DNA of 63,601 nt, counting the filler. It is 5 parts of 5 records of this genome, joined end to end, with 100 filler letters (N's around TTAATTAATTAA, not from the genome) between each part and the next. Parts side by side here need not be neighbours in the genome. Positions count along the whole stretch, not along the records: positions 30,120 to 58,315 come from SRR9188677_75; 4 more parts are not named here. One strand, written 5' to 3'. The notes below the pieces were generated by a model. The model worked only from the letters and a program-made list of their open reading frames with translations, did not search any database and was not told the origin of the DNA. Positions within the stretch are counted from its first letter, which is position 1; each line of letters starts with the position of its first letter. The position numbers and the translations under genes are program-made. Positions 40,667 to 51,517 of this stretch are shown here, in pieces.

Positions 40667-42064
40667 ATGAAAAAAACATCATTAATCATTGCTTCAATTG
40701 CTGCGGTAATGGGGGCTTTTACCGCCAAAGCACAAAACTCGGAGCATTATGGTTCCGGTTTGAAACTTGGGCTCAACCAACAAGGGGATAAATACGTACG
40801 TTTTATTGTTTGGAATCAGATATGGACAAGATGGATAGATAATAACGGTGGTACAATGGTAAACGGTTCTCCCAGCAATTCTACAATGGATATAGGCGCG
40901 CGTAGGCTAAGGATGCTGGCATATGCACAAATTTCTCCTCGTTATTTAATCCTCACTCACTTTGGCATCAATAACCAGACTTTTGTAAATGGTGGTGGTA
41001 GCGGTTCAACAGGCACTGGCGGATACGGACAGGGCAAAAAGCCACAACTATTCTTTCACGATGCATATAACGAGTATGCTGTTGTGCCTAATATTAATCC
41101 GTTAAGCGGTAAGGCAAACAAGTTTACATTGTCTATTGGTGCAGGTTTGCATTATTGGAATGGGGTGTCTCGTTTGTCTTCTGCAAGCACACTTACTTTT
41201 CTCATGATAGATGCACCAGTATTTAACTGGCCGCTTATAGAAAATGCCGACCAGTTTGCAAGGCAGTATGGTATCTATGCCAAGGGTATGTACAAAAAGT
41301 TCCACTATCAGGTTAGTATTGATAAGCCATTTGCAACAAATATAAAGCCAACAGACAGTGCTAATGTTGCCGTAGATAACAGCGGTGATGCTGCAGGTGC
41401 TTTAAGTGGTTATTTCGATTATCATTTCTTCGACCAGGAAAGTAATTTACTTCCATTCAGGGTTGGTACATATTTAGGTGGTAAGAAGGTGTTTAATATA
41501 GGTGCCGGTTTTTATCATCAGGCAAGAGGTACACGCAGTTCAAATGCTGTAGGTATTACAGAAACACATGATATCAATCTGTTTGCAGGCGATGTGTTTC
41601 TTGATATGCCAATAGGTAACAAGAAAAAGAATATGGCAATAACTGCTTATGGTGTATACTACAACTTTGATTTTGGTACTAATTACTTACGCGCTACAGG
41701 TATTATGAATCCGGGAACTGCGGATCCAACTGCACCTGCTGCAGATAAAGTATTGGAAGGTCCGGGTAATGCGCGCGTGTTGTTGGGCACTGGTAGTATA
41801 ACTTATGTACAAGCAGGGTTTCTTTTGCCGAAATTCAAAAACAACAAAGTGCGTATACAGCCTATAGCTGCAATAGCTTACAAACAATTTGATGCATTAA
41901 AAGCGGCAGGTAGTTTCTGGGATGCTGGTTGCAACTTTTATATAGATGCACACAATGCCAAAATCACAGCACAGTATTCGTCACGCCCACTTTATAATGC
42001 TGTTACAAAAGAGTTGAAAGACAGAAAGGGCGAAATGCAAATACAGTTTCAGGTAGCTCTTTAA
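40667..42064 (+). CDS. Outer-membrane porin-like protein
   Basis: Signal peptide, amphipathic strands, 'RRLRML', C-terminal QIQFQVAL. Confidence 0.7.
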   Translation: MKKTSLIIASIAAVMGAFTAKAQNSEHYGSGLKLGLNQQGDKYVRFIVWNQIWTRWIDNNGGTMVNGSPSNSTMDIGARRLRMLAYAQISPRYLILTHFGINNQTFVNGGGSGSTGTGGYGQGKKPQLFFHDAYNEYAVVPNINPLSGKANKFTLSIGAGLHYWNGVSRLSSASTLTFLMIDAPVFNWPLIENADQFARQYGIYAKGMYKKFHYQVSIDKPFATNIKPTDSANVAVDNSGDAAGALSGYFDYHFFDQESNLLPFRVGTYLGGKKVFNIGAGFYHQARGTRSSNAVGITETHDINLFAGDVFLDMPIGNKKKNMAITAYGVYYNFDFGTNYLRATGIMNPGTADPTAPAADKVLEGPGNARVLLGTGSITYVQAGFLLPKFKNNKVRIQPIAAIAYKQFDALKAAGSFWDAGCNFYIDAHNAKITAQYSSRPLYNAVTKELKDRKGEMQIQFQVAL

Positions 42065-42198
42065 TTTATAAATATACATTGTGTGGTCGGCTGATAGTCT
42101 CACCAATCTCATAAGCATATAGGTAAATCGCGTTTTCGTAGATTGAGAGAAGTCGTCCGCACAGTGTGTAATAATCATCATCAAATAATATTTCTGTT

Positions 42199-43725
42199 AT
42201 GAATAAGACTAAGACAACAGGTATCTGGAAGGTAATATCAGCCTCTTCCGTAGGTACGTTGATAGAGTGGTATGACTTCTACATATTCGGGAGCCTTGCT
42301 GCAACTATATCAACAAAGTTCTTCCCGCAAAATAACCCTACGGCAGCATTCCTTTCTACGTTGGCAACATTTGCTGCGGGCTTTGTGGTGCGTCCGTTTG
42401 GTGCATTGTTCTTTGGTCGCTTGGGCGATTTGATTGGCCGTAAGTATACATTCATGATGACGCTGCTGCTGATGGGTGGTGCTACATTCCTGATTGGTTG
42501 TATACCAAGCTATGAGACAATTGGTTTTCTTGCGCCTTTATGTGTATTGATACTAAGGTTGCTGCAAGGCCTTGCTCTGGGTGGAGAGTATGGCGGTGCC
42601 GCTACATATGTGGCAGAACATGCGCCTGCAGGTCAGCGTGGCTTTTGGACATCTTGGATTCAGACTACTGCAACAGTAGGTTTGTTTGTATCGCTGATTG
42701 TTATTCTTGTTACCAAAAACTCGCTTAGTAAAGACCAGTTTGAAGAATGGGGCTGGCGTGTACCATTTTGGATTTCAATATTCATGGTATTGATATCTTA
42801 TGTTATTCGTAAAAACATGCACGAGTCGCCTTTGTTTGCCAAGGCAAAAGCAGAAGGTAAAATCAGTACAAATCCATTGAAAGAGAGTTTTGGTAACAGG
42901 CTGAACCTGAAATTTGTTTTGCTCGCATTGTTTGGTGCTGCAATGGGGCAGGGTGTAGTGTGGTATACGGGGCAGTTTTATGCAATGAGCTTCATACAAA
43001 AAGTTTGTAACATAGATAGCGCACAAACCGATAGCCTGATAGCAATAGCACTGCTAATGGGTACTCCTTTCTTCGTCGTCTTTGGTGCATTGAGTGACAA
43101 GATAGGCCGTAAGCCTATTATGATGGCGGGAATGTTAATCGCGGTTATATCCTACAGGCCTATATATAAGTCAATATTTGAGACTACGAGTGTTAAGACT
43201 AAGACAGAAGTAACTGAGAAAATGGTATATGCTGAAACTTCAAAGCAATTGCCTAACGGAGATTCTACCTACAGCTACAATACAGTAAGGCATTACACTG
43301 ATGGTACTAAGTATGTGTTTGATAGTACAGTAACTGTAAAAGCAGATAAGAGTGCAGAAGCTGTGAAGCCGAAGATTACCAAAACAGTTACACTGAATGA
43401 TAGCGATAAATGGCATATTATATTTATGGTATTCATTCAGGTGATATTTGTAACCATGGTGTATGGTCCGATAGCAGCCTTCTTGGTGGAAATGTTCCCT
43501 GTGAAGATCAGGTATACATCTATGTCACTTCCTTACCATGTGGGTAATGGTATATTTGGTGGCTTGTTGCCAACCGTGGCTACCTATCTTGCTACCAAAG
43601 CAAAAGAGGGTGGTTCTGCAGATTGGTATCTGGATGGTTTGTGGTACCCTATAATTATAGCTACTATATGCTTTATAATAGGCTTGCTATATATAAATGG
43701 TAAAGACAAAAACATCTACGATTAA
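42199..43725 (+). CDS. MFS transporter, MHS-type (metabolite:H+ symporter)
   Basis: GTLIEWYDFYIF, RPFGALFFGRLGDLIGRK, GGEYGGA. Confidence 0.95.
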   Translation: MNKTKTTGIWKVISASSVGTLIEWYDFYIFGSLAATISTKFFPQNNPTAAFLSTLATFAAGFVVRPFGALFFGRLGDLIGRKYTFMMTLLLMGGATFLIGCIPSYETIGFLAPLCVLILRLLQGLALGGEYGGAATYVAEHAPAGQRGFWTSWIQTTATVGLFVSLIVILVTKNSLSKDQFEEWGWRVPFWISIFMVLISYVIRKNMHESPLFAKAKAEGKISTNPLKESFGNRLNLKFVLLALFGAAMGQGVVWYTGQFYAMSFIQKVCNIDSAQTDSLIAIALLMGTPFFVVFGALSDKIGRKPIMMAGMLIAVISYRPIYKSIFETTSVKTKTEVTEKMVYAETSKQLPNGDSTYSYNTVRHYTDGTKYVFDSTVTVKADKSAEAVKPKITKTVTLNDSDKWHIIFMVFIQVIFVTMVYGPIAAFLVEMFPVKIRYTSMSLPYHVGNGIFGGLLPTVATYLATKAKEGGSADWYLDGLWYPIIIATICFIIGLLYINGKDKNIYD

Positions 43726-43748
43726 TAAAAACTACTAAACTTATTTAT

Positions 43749-43973
43749 ATGAATCAGATAAGAAAAATAATGGGAGCAATATGGATATTGCTATCGCTAG
43801 CGGCGGCATATTTCTGCATCTTTATTTTCGGTTGGCCAAAACTAACTTCAGGAAAGCAGGAAGATCTTGTTTTTGGAATTGTAATACTGTTCGTGCTAAC
43901 GCCTATTATAGTTGGTGGACTATTTACGTTCGGAAGGTATGCGCTGATGGGTGAATATGACCGCAGCGAATAA
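43749..43973 (+). CDS. Small two-TM membrane protein
   Basis: Two hydrophobic helices, C-terminal YALMGEYD; followed by hairpin 43992-44020. Confidence 0.75.
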   Translation: MNQIRKIMGAIWILLSLAAAYFCIFIFGWPKLTSGKQEDLVFGIVILFVLTPIIVGGLFTFGRYALMGEYDRSE

Positions 43974-44033
43974 TTGGTGTAATGTATAGTGAAGCCGGTT
44001 GTATATAACAACCGGTTTTTATATTTTGTAGTA

Positions 44034-44225
44034 ATGACGAATACTAAGCGTCCTAAATTCATACTCATCAGCTTGTTGATGCTGTTGCTTTTCAACTATC
44101 CGTTGTTGAGCGCGGCTAATAAATTGCTGTATGTGGGCAAAATGCCGTTACTGTTTGTGTACATCGCTACAGTATGGTTACTCACAATTATATTACTCTG
44201 GATAACAGCAGCAGCTAAAAAATAA
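44034..44225 (+). CDS. Small two-TM protein typical of SLC5/SSS partners
   Basis: LLFNYPLL..MPLLFVYI..W; ends 7 nt before the SSS-kinase gene. Confidence 0.7.
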   Translation: MTNTKRPKFILISLLMLLLFNYPLLSAANKLLYVGKMPLLFVYIATVWLLTIILLWITAAAKK

Positions 44226-44232
44226 TACTGGT

Positions 44233-46932
44233 ATGGGTAAGTTGCTGATAGTTGGAGTTTCGCTTATTTATCTGGCCTTATTGTTTGCCATTGCCTATCT
44301 GGTAGAGCGTAGCCGAAAGAAGGGAAAGAGTATTGTGAACAATGCATGGGTATATGCATTGTCACTGGCGGTATATTGCACAGGGTGGACTTATTATGGT
44401 AGTGTAGGTAGAGCATCTACGCATGGTGCTGAGTTTATAACCATCTATCTTGGTCCTACGATAGCATGTGCACTATTCATCCCCGTATTGCAGAAGATTA
44501 TAAGGATATGTAAGACACAACGCATTAACAGTATTGCCGACTTTATCTCTACCAGATATGGCAAGAATTTTAGCCTGGGTGTTATTGTCACTTTATGTTG
44601 TGTTATAGGCATCATTCCATATATAGCACTTCAATTGAAAGCTATATCCAATAGCTTTCATGTTATTACAGCATCTGCAGATTCGGGCTCAATTGGATTC
44701 TGGAGAAATGACTCGTTCTACATAACGCTTATAATTACAGCGTTCATCATATTCTTTGGTACAAGGTCGGTAGATGCATCAGAAAGGCACGAGGGGCTTG
44801 TGTCTGCCATTGCATTTGAGTCTATTGTTAAACTATTGGCTTTTGTACTGGCAGGTGTATTTGTTACGTATGGTATTTTTGACGGCTTTGGTTCTTTGTT
44901 CGATGCTGCTGTAAATGCTGATATGAAGCACTTCTTTACCATAGAGGGTGAACACTCTTACAGCAACTGGATATCCATGATACTGGTATCTATGATGGCC
45001 ATGATATTATTGCCACGCCAGTTTCAGGTAGGTGTGGTGGAAAATACAGATGAACGCCATTTAAAGAAAGCCCTTTGGTTGTTTCCATTATATCTGTTTA
45101 TCATCAATGTCTTTGTTATTCCTATTGCCATTGGGGGCACATTATTGTTAGGAAATGGTACAGATGCAGATACCTACGTCCTTTCGGTGCCGATGCATTT
45201 TAATCAAAGCCTGTTGAGTGTATTGGTGTATATAGGCGGGCTTTCTGCGGCAAGCAGCATGATAATTGTTGAAACAATTGCACTTTCAACTATGGTAAGT
45301 AATCACTTGGTGCTGCCTGCCATGCTTTCATCATCTTATTTCAGAGCCAACTCCGAACGGTCTGCCACAAGGCAAATATTGCTGATACGCAGAGCCAGCA
45401 TAATAGTAATACTCTTGCTTGCGTATATATACGATACATTCATAGCATCCTATTTTTCGTTGGTGTCAATAGGCCTGGTTTCTATGGCAGCAGTTGCACA
45501 GTTTGCACCTGCTATCATAGGCGCTTTATACTGGCGAAAGGCATCTAGGAAAGGTGCTATTACAGGTATTTCTGTTGGGTTTATAATATGGGGTTATACG
45601 CTGATATTGCCTTCTGTTATTAATGCCGGGTTTCTTAGCCCTGCAATATTAACAGATGGCCCACTGGGTATATCATGGCTCAAACCACAATCTCTGTTTG
45701 GTTTGCATGAGTTTGATACACTTGCCCATGCTTTGTTTTGGAGTATGTTGTTCAATACAGCTTCGTATGTGATTGTTTCTATATACTCGAAGCTGAATGC
45801 ACAGGAGATTTTTCAGGCAGATGTGTTTATAGATATATTTAATGCTGAGACTATTGCTGACAGGCGAAGTGTTTGGAAGGGTACAGCCTATTATATCGAT
45901 ATCAACAGATTGCTTTCAAACTTTATTGGAGAAGAACGTGCCAGTAAACTGTTAGCTTCTTATGTACAACGGCATAAGTTGAATATTGATGCAAAAGAGG
46001 CAGACCCTCGTATAGTAACTTTTGCAGAGCGCATTTTGTCTGGTGTAATTGGCTCTGCATCTGCAAGGTTTATGATCAGTAATATCACAAAGGAAGAGCA
46101 GATAAATATGCAGGAGGTTTTGAGTATTGTGAGAGAGTCTCAACAGGTATTGGAACTGAACAAGGAGCTTAAGAAGAAGTCGATAGAACTACAGAAGGCT
46201 ACAGAGCAGCTAACCACTGTTAATGAACAGCTGAAAAAAATGGATAGCCTGAAGGATGAGTTTCTATATACTGTTACACATGAATTAAGGACACCACTCA
46301 CTTCTATAAGAGCCTTGTCTGAAATTGTCTATGACAACCCCGACATGGAAGAAGAACAACGACAGTTTTATATAGAAAGTATTACTAAAGAGACTGAAAG
46401 GTTGAGCCATCTTATCACACAGGTGTTAAACCTGGAACGTTATGAGTCAGGTAGGCAAAAATTGCATATGTCATCTGTCGATATCAATCAATTGATAAAA
46501 GAAGTAATAGTTGCGTTAACACCTTTAGCAAACGAAAAGCGAGCAGTTATAGATTTTCATATTCCCAATAGCATGCACATAGTACAGTGCGACAGAGATT
46601 TGGTAAGGCAGGTATTATACAACCTTGTATCAAATGCCATCAAGTATATTCCTCATAGAGATGGAAAGATATCTGTAGCTGTTTTTGCAGAATATGAAGA
46701 GTTGAAAATATGGGTAGAGGATAATGGGAAGGGCATACCTACAGAGTTGCACACACTTATATTCGATAAGTTCTTTCAGGCACACAATCAAACACTGCAA
46801 AAACCTGAAGGTAGCGGGTTGGGCTTGGCAATCTGTAAACGAATAGTGGAAATGCACAACGGACGCATCTGGGCAGAAAATCCTGCAACGCAAGGCATAC
46901 GTTTTGTGTTCACACTACCATATAATACTTAG
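44233..46932 (+). CDS. SLC5/SSS transporter-fused sensor histidine kinase (CrbS/CbrA-like)
   Basis: YALSLAVYCTGWTYYGSVG, LPRQFQV, 'FAERILSGVIGSASAR' (STAC-like), THELRTPLTSI, GSGLGLAIC. Confidence 0.92.
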   Translation: MGKLLIVGVSLIYLALLFAIAYLVERSRKKGKSIVNNAWVYALSLAVYCTGWTYYGSVGRASTHGAEFITIYLGPTIACALFIPVLQKIIRICKTQRINSIADFISTRYGKNFSLGVIVTLCCVIGIIPYIALQLKAISNSFHVITASADSGSIGFWRNDSFYITLIITAFIIFFGTRSVDASERHEGLVSAIAFESIVKLLAFVLAGVFVTYGIFDGFGSLFDAAVNADMKHFFTIEGEHSYSNWISMILVSMMAMILLPRQFQVGVVENTDERHLKKALWLFPLYLFIINVFVIPIAIGGTLLLGNGTDADTYVLSVPMHFNQSLLSVLVYIGGLSAASSMIIVETIALSTMVSNHLVLPAMLSSSYFRANSERSATRQILLIRRASIIVILLLAYIYDTFIASYFSLVSIGLVSMAAVAQFAPAIIGALYWRKASRKGAITGISVGFIIWGYTLILPSVINAGFLSPAILTDGPLGISWLKPQSLFGLHEFDTLAHALFWSMLFNTASYVIVSIYSKLNAQEIFQADVFIDIFNAETIADRRSVWKGTAYYIDINRLLSNFIGEERASKLLASYVQRHKLNIDAKEADPRIVTFAERILSGVIGSASARFMISNITKEEQINMQEVLSIVRESQQVLELNKELKKKSIELQKATEQLTTVNEQLKKMDSLKDEFLYTVTHELRTPLTSIRALSEIVYDNPDMEEEQRQFYIESITKETERLSHLITQVLNLERYESGRQKLHMSSVDINQLIKEVIVALTPLANEKRAVIDFHIPNSMHIVQCDRDLVRQVLYNLVSNAIKYIPHRDGKISVAVFAEYEELKIWVEDNGKGIPTELHTLIFDKFFQAHNQTLQKPEGSGLGLAICKRIVEMHNGRIWAENPATQGIRFVFTLPYNT

Positions 46933-46999
46933 CCGTGTTTTTGAATTCGTGTCCAATACCTTAATTTTACTCAACTGTATGAATGTCGGCAGTACAAAC

Positions 47000-47365
47000 A
47001 TGAAGAAGATATTAGTTGTTGATGATGATCCATACATTCTGATGTCGCTTGAATTTCTGATGAAGAAAAGCGGCAATGAAGTAATTATAGCCCGTAATGG
47101 TACGGAAGCTTTGGATATCATCGCAAACAACAAGCCTGATCTCGTTTTGCTGGATATTATGATGCCCGATGTTGATGGTTATTCTATCTGTAAGCACATC
47201 AAGCAGTCTAAGGACTTAAAAGATATTATTGTAGTATTTCTTAGTGCAAAGACGCACGAGGCCGATATCGAAAAGGGGTACAAACTTGGTGCAGCCAAGT
47301 ACATCAACAAGCCGTTTTCTACAAGGGAGCTGATGAAAGATGTAAAAGAACTACTCGGTCAATAG
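47000..47365 (+). CDS. Single-domain response regulator
   Basis: ILVVDDD, LLDIMMPDVDG, KPF. Confidence 0.93.
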   Translation: MKKILVVDDDPYILMSLEFLMKKSGNEVIIARNGTEALDIIANNKPDLVLLDIMMPDVDGYSICKHIKQSKDLKDIIVVFLSAKTHEADIEKGYKLGAAKYINKPFSTRELMKDVKELLGQ

Positions 47366-47449
47366 TTTTCTGGTTATTTAGTATACTTTACTTATTGCGG
47401 TGTAATTATTGAATTAATTTTCATTCAATACTTATACAATCAATGTATT

Positions 47450-49342
47450 ATGCTATACGAAGATTTATACGCAGAGAGCATCAGTGACAAAGAAGCGTTC
47501 TGGGCAAAACAAGCCAGCCGGATAAACTGGAATATACCACCACAAAATATACTGGAACACAAAGATAGTGAGTACCGATGGTTTGCAGATGGAGAGTTGA
47601 ATATGTCGAACCTGTGCCTGGATGTAAATATTGCAAATGGCAGGGGCGAGCAGGATGCCATTATCTACGATTCGCCTGTCACAAATACTATTCAGCATAT
47701 TACATACAATCAGTTGTTGGACGATGTATCAAGTTTTGCTGCAGGGTTGAGAAATCTTGGTGTTAAAACAGGTGATACTGTTGTTATATACATGCCTATG
47801 ATACCACAGGCATTGGTAGCTATGCTGGCTTGTGCAAGGCTCGGAGCAATACATTCTGTAGTATTCGGTGGTTTTGCTCCTCACGAACTGGCAATGCGTA
47901 TAGATGATGCTAAGCCTAAAGTTATTGTATCTGCCTCTTATGGTATTGAATTCGGTAAAAGAATTCCATACAAGATACTGGTTGAGGAAGCACTTCAGGA
48001 GGCAAAACATAAGCCAGACTATCAGGTGTATTACCGAAGAGAAGAAGGCTTTGATACATTGGCGGGTGCTAACGATATGGATTACGAGGCACTGATGAAG
48101 GTTGGCAAAGCACCATGTACGCCTGTTACTTCTACGCATCCACTGTATATATTATATACTTCGGGTACCACAGGTCGCCCTAAAGGAATTGTAAGAGATA
48201 CCGGGGGGTATGCAACCGCACTCAGGTTTAGTATGGAGTATTTCTATGGTGTGAAAGAGGGAGATGTGTTTTTTGCAGCAAGCGATATTGGTTGGGTTGT
48301 TGGTCATTCTTACATAGTATATGCCCCGCTTTTATATGGTTGTACAACAGTATTGTTTGAAGGGAAACCCGTGCGCACACCGGATGCAGGTGTGTTTTGG
48401 CGTATGATACAGGAACATAAAGTGAATCATATGTTCACTGCACCAACAGCAATACGGGCAATTAAGAAAGAAGATGCAGAAGGCAGCTTGCTTAGGGATT
48501 ATGACATAAGTAGTTTACAGACGTTGTTCCTTGCCGGGGAACGATGCGATTCAGACACGTATTTCTGGATAAAAGACTTGCTTGGTATACCTGTGGTAGA
48601 CCATTGGTGGCAGACAGAGAGTGGATGGCCGATGCTGGGCGTGATGAAAGGATTTAAGTCTCCCGAGGTAATGCCTGGTGCAGCAGGTAAACCCGTTTGT
48701 GGCTTTGATATTCAGATATTGGATGATGATGGTAAGATAGTGCAGGAGGGTCATGAAGGGAATATTGTTGTTAAGCTGCCACTACCGCCAGGTTGTTTGC
48801 CTTCGTTATGGAAGAATGAGATCCGATTTCGCAAAAGTTATTTTGAACGTTTCCCGGGGTATTACCTGACTGGGGATAGCGGCTATACAGATGCTGATGG
48901 GTATTTCCATATTATGGGGCGTATAGACGATGTAATAAACGTAAGTAGCCACAGGCTAAGTACAGGAGAGATGGAAGAGATAGTATCCAAGCACAGCGCG
49001 GTAGCGGAGTGTGCTGTAGTTGGTATTGCAGATGAATTGAGAGGACAACGCCCTTTGGCATTAGTAGTATTAAAAGATAATGCCAATATTGGCGAAACTG
49101 TGTTGGAAGAAGAGTTGATTCAGTTGGTAAGGGGTAAAATCGGTGCAGTGGCATTTTTCAAAAACGCTGTAGTTGTAAAACGATTACCCAAAACCAGAAG
49201 TGGAAAGATACTCCGCAAGACAATCTGTTATATAGCAGACGGAAAGCCGTTCTCAATACCTTCTACCATAGATGATCCTTCTGTATTAAAGGAAATAGAA
49301 GAAGTATTATCTGAAAAGAAACTCGGGCTAGCTTTTTCCTGA
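47450..49342 (+). CDS. Propionate/acetate-CoA ligase (PrpE-like)
   Basis: YTSGTTGRPKG, AGERCD, DHWWQTESGW, LPKTRSGKILR. Confidence 0.85.
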   Translation: MLYEDLYAESISDKEAFWAKQASRINWNIPPQNILEHKDSEYRWFADGELNMSNLCLDVNIANGRGEQDAIIYDSPVTNTIQHITYNQLLDDVSSFAAGLRNLGVKTGDTVVIYMPMIPQALVAMLACARLGAIHSVVFGGFAPHELAMRIDDAKPKVIVSASYGIEFGKRIPYKILVEEALQEAKHKPDYQVYYRREEGFDTLAGANDMDYEALMKVGKAPCTPVTSTHPLYILYTSGTTGRPKGIVRDTGGYATALRFSMEYFYGVKEGDVFFAASDIGWVVGHSYIVYAPLLYGCTTVLFEGKPVRTPDAGVFWRMIQEHKVNHMFTAPTAIRAIKKEDAEGSLLRDYDISSLQTLFLAGERCDSDTYFWIKDLLGIPVVDHWWQTESGWPMLGVMKGFKSPEVMPGAAGKPVCGFDIQILDDDGKIVQEGHEGNIVVKLPLPPGCLPSLWKNEIRFRKSYFERFPGYYLTGDSGYTDADGYFHIMGRIDDVINVSSHRLSTGEMEEIVSKHSAVAECAVVGIADELRGQRPLALVVLKDNANIGETVLEEELIQLVRGKIGAVAFFKNAVVVKRLPKTRSGKILRKTICYIADGKPFSIPSTIDDPSVLKEIEEVLSEKKLGLAFS

Positions 49343-49409
49343 GGGTTTATTCGTTTTTGTTCAAAAAAGAAGAGGGTCTCGAAAACGGGACCCAAAATAT
49401 TTGTGCAAT

Positions 49410-49437
49410 AAAAAAAGCCCCACAATGTGAGGCTTTC
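49410..49437 (-). terminator. Terminator next to the att repeat (probable ancestral tRNA-Ser terminator)
   Basis: Minus strand GAAAGCCTCAC-ATT-GTGGGGC-TTTTTT. Confidence 0.75.
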
Positions 49438-49730
49438 AATTTTAGAGCGGAGAGAGAGGCTCCTGAACCTATCTTCCTAATTATTTGATTTTCAATAAAT
49501 TATATAACCTTCTAACTGCACACTCCCGAATTACTCACTTTTTCAAAAAGAACTGCTTTCCGATGAATAAAAGTACGTTTTTTGCTGTAAAAAATAAGCC
49601 TGTTTAAGGAAAGGTTCACAGATTGAGTTCAATGATCAAAAAGTGTTTATCACCGATATAATCGTATTCTGCCCAACTATTTAAAATAGCAACTTGTCTT
49701 ATCATATACAGTACATAACTTTGGATTGTA

Positions 49731-50117
49731 ATGCGCATATTTATTGCAATATTTCTATTCATCGGACTAAGCCTCCAATTGGTTGTCAGGCTTAGTGTTA
49801 TTGCATTGTATGAGGTAAATAAAGACTATATAGCTAAAAACCTTTGTGAGAACCGAGCTAAACCCAAAATGCATTGTAACGGTAAATGTTACCTTAAAAA
49901 GCAATTGAAAAAAGCTGAGGATAGTGAAAAGTCTAATTCCCCAACATCAAAATCAGAGAGTTTTCAATTTTCTGCGTTTGTAATTCCTGAATTTCCCGAA
50001 TGTCATAATACAGTATTTAATGACGTCTTAGTCTTACAACACAAAAGTCAATACCGTTCAATTTTCGGAGTTAATATCATGAAAGATATATTCCATCCGC
50101 CGCAAGCGCTTGCTTGA
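49731..50117 (+). CDS. Small membrane-anchored Cys-motif protein ending in FHPP, copy 1
   Basis: N-terminal TM, C-x10-CNGKC, IFHPPQALA*; TAACTTTG -7 box at 49716-49723. Confidence 0.8.
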   Translation: MRIFIAIFLFIGLSLQLVVRLSVIALYEVNKDYIAKNLCENRAKPKMHCNGKCYLKKQLKKAEDSEKSNSPTSKSESFQFSAFVIPEFPECHNTVFNDVLVLQHKSQYRSIFGVNIMKDIFHPPQALA

Positions 50118-50164
50118 TATATACCATCAGTTATTTCTATTCTTAATGCATAGAATGAGTAATC

Positions 50165-51085
50165 ATGCGCAAAATCATCTTAATGGTGATTGTGGCATGG
50201 ATGATATGTTCACGCACAAACGCATGTGATGTTTGTGGCTGTTCAGCACCTGGAAATTCTCTGGGCATCCTCCCTCAATACCAAAAACATTTTGTTGGAT
50301 TGACATATCAAAATCAATCCTTCAACTCAACGCATCCTATTGTTGCGGGAGAATCAAAACCGGCAGTATCAGATGACCATTTTCAAAGCATAACACTTTG
50401 GGGAAGGTTTTATCCATTTAAAAAAATACAGGTATTCGCATTTATGCCGTACCACTATAATTCTGTTAAGGAAAATGGTGATGCAACTTATATGGCAGGT
50501 TTTGGCGACAGCAGGCTGTTAGTTAACTATATGGTGTTGAATAATGCTGATACCAGCCATACTAACTTAAAACATACGTTGTTGATAGGCGGCGGAATTA
50601 AAATGCCAACCGGGAAAAATGATTATACCAATAAAGAAGGGATCATTTTATCCAATATGCAACCGGGAAGCGGTTCCTGGGATTTTCTGCTAAATGCTAA
50701 TTATACCATCAGGTATAAAAAGGCAGGCTTAAATACAGACATTTCCTATCAGCTTAATACAACGAACAACCGGGATTACCTCTATGGTAATAAGCTAAAT
50801 GCAGGATTAGCTGCATTCGTATGGCTAAAGAATAAGAGGTTTAGTTTATTGCCACAAGCAGGTTGCCGTGTACAGCAATCTCAGGTTGATTTAAGCAGCA
50901 ATACGTACAGGATTAGGAATACTTATAGTGGAGGATATCAGATATATGCTTCATGTGGCTTGTCTGTCTATTGTCAATCTATAGCCTTAACAGGAGTCTT
51001 TAGTATTCCGGTTAAAGAAGATTATGCTGGTGGGCTTGTAAAAAGCAACCCTCGATATGAAATGCAATTGCAGTATTTATTTTAA
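50165..51085 (+). CDS. Outer-membrane beta-barrel 'transporter' with N-terminal CDxCGC motif
   Basis: Signal peptide then CDVCGC; GFGD, GIKMPTG, QPGSGSWD; terminal Phe. Confidence 0.7.
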   Translation: MRKIILMVIVAWMICSRTNACDVCGCSAPGNSLGILPQYQKHFVGLTYQNQSFNSTHPIVAGESKPAVSDDHFQSITLWGRFYPFKKIQVFAFMPYHYNSVKENGDATYMAGFGDSRLLVNYMVLNNADTSHTNLKHTLLIGGGIKMPTGKNDYTNKEGIILSNMQPGSGSWDFLLNANYTIRYKKAGLNTDISYQLNTTNNRDYLYGNKLNAGLAAFVWLKNKRFSLLPQAGCRVQQSQVDLSSNTYRIRNTYSGGYQIYASCGLSVYCQSIALTGVFSIPVKEDYAGGLVKSNPRYEMQLQYLF

Positions 51086-51096
51086 ATAATCTAGAA

Positions 51097-51507
51097 ATGA
51101 AAACCATTACAATCAAAAACGCTTCAAAATATATTATACCCATAGCATTATTAGCTTCATGCTCAAAGAAGGAGCAGCTTGTGACCACACCTGAACTGAA
51201 AATTGACCTTACAGTCAGCAAACCAGTTGAACAATCGGTATTCCAAAAAGGAGATACTATACAGATAGATGCTTTAATAAGCAGTCCCGTTGATCTTCAT
51301 GGTTATGGATGGCGCATTATACGCACAGATGATGGTCATGTTATTACTTCTAAAGACGAGCATACTCATGGCAAGGCGATATCCGTACATGAATCATGGA
51401 TAAATAACCTGAGCGAAGCAACAAATGCTCAATTAAGTCTAACGGCCGAAATTGACCATAACGGCAATGAAGTAACAAAGACTATCAACATCATTTTAAA
51501 CAATTAA
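51097..51507 (+). CDS. His-containing Ig-like lipoprotein
   Basis: LASC lipobox; DLH, EHTHG, IDHNGN. Confidence 0.65.
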   Translation: MKTITIKNASKYIIPIALLASCSKKEQLVTTPELKIDLTVSKPVEQSVFQKGDTIQIDALISSPVDLHGYGWRIIRTDDGHVITSKDEHTHGKAISVHESWINNLSEATNAQLSLTAEIDHNGNEVTKTINIILNN

Positions 51508-51517
51508 CTCAAAGACA

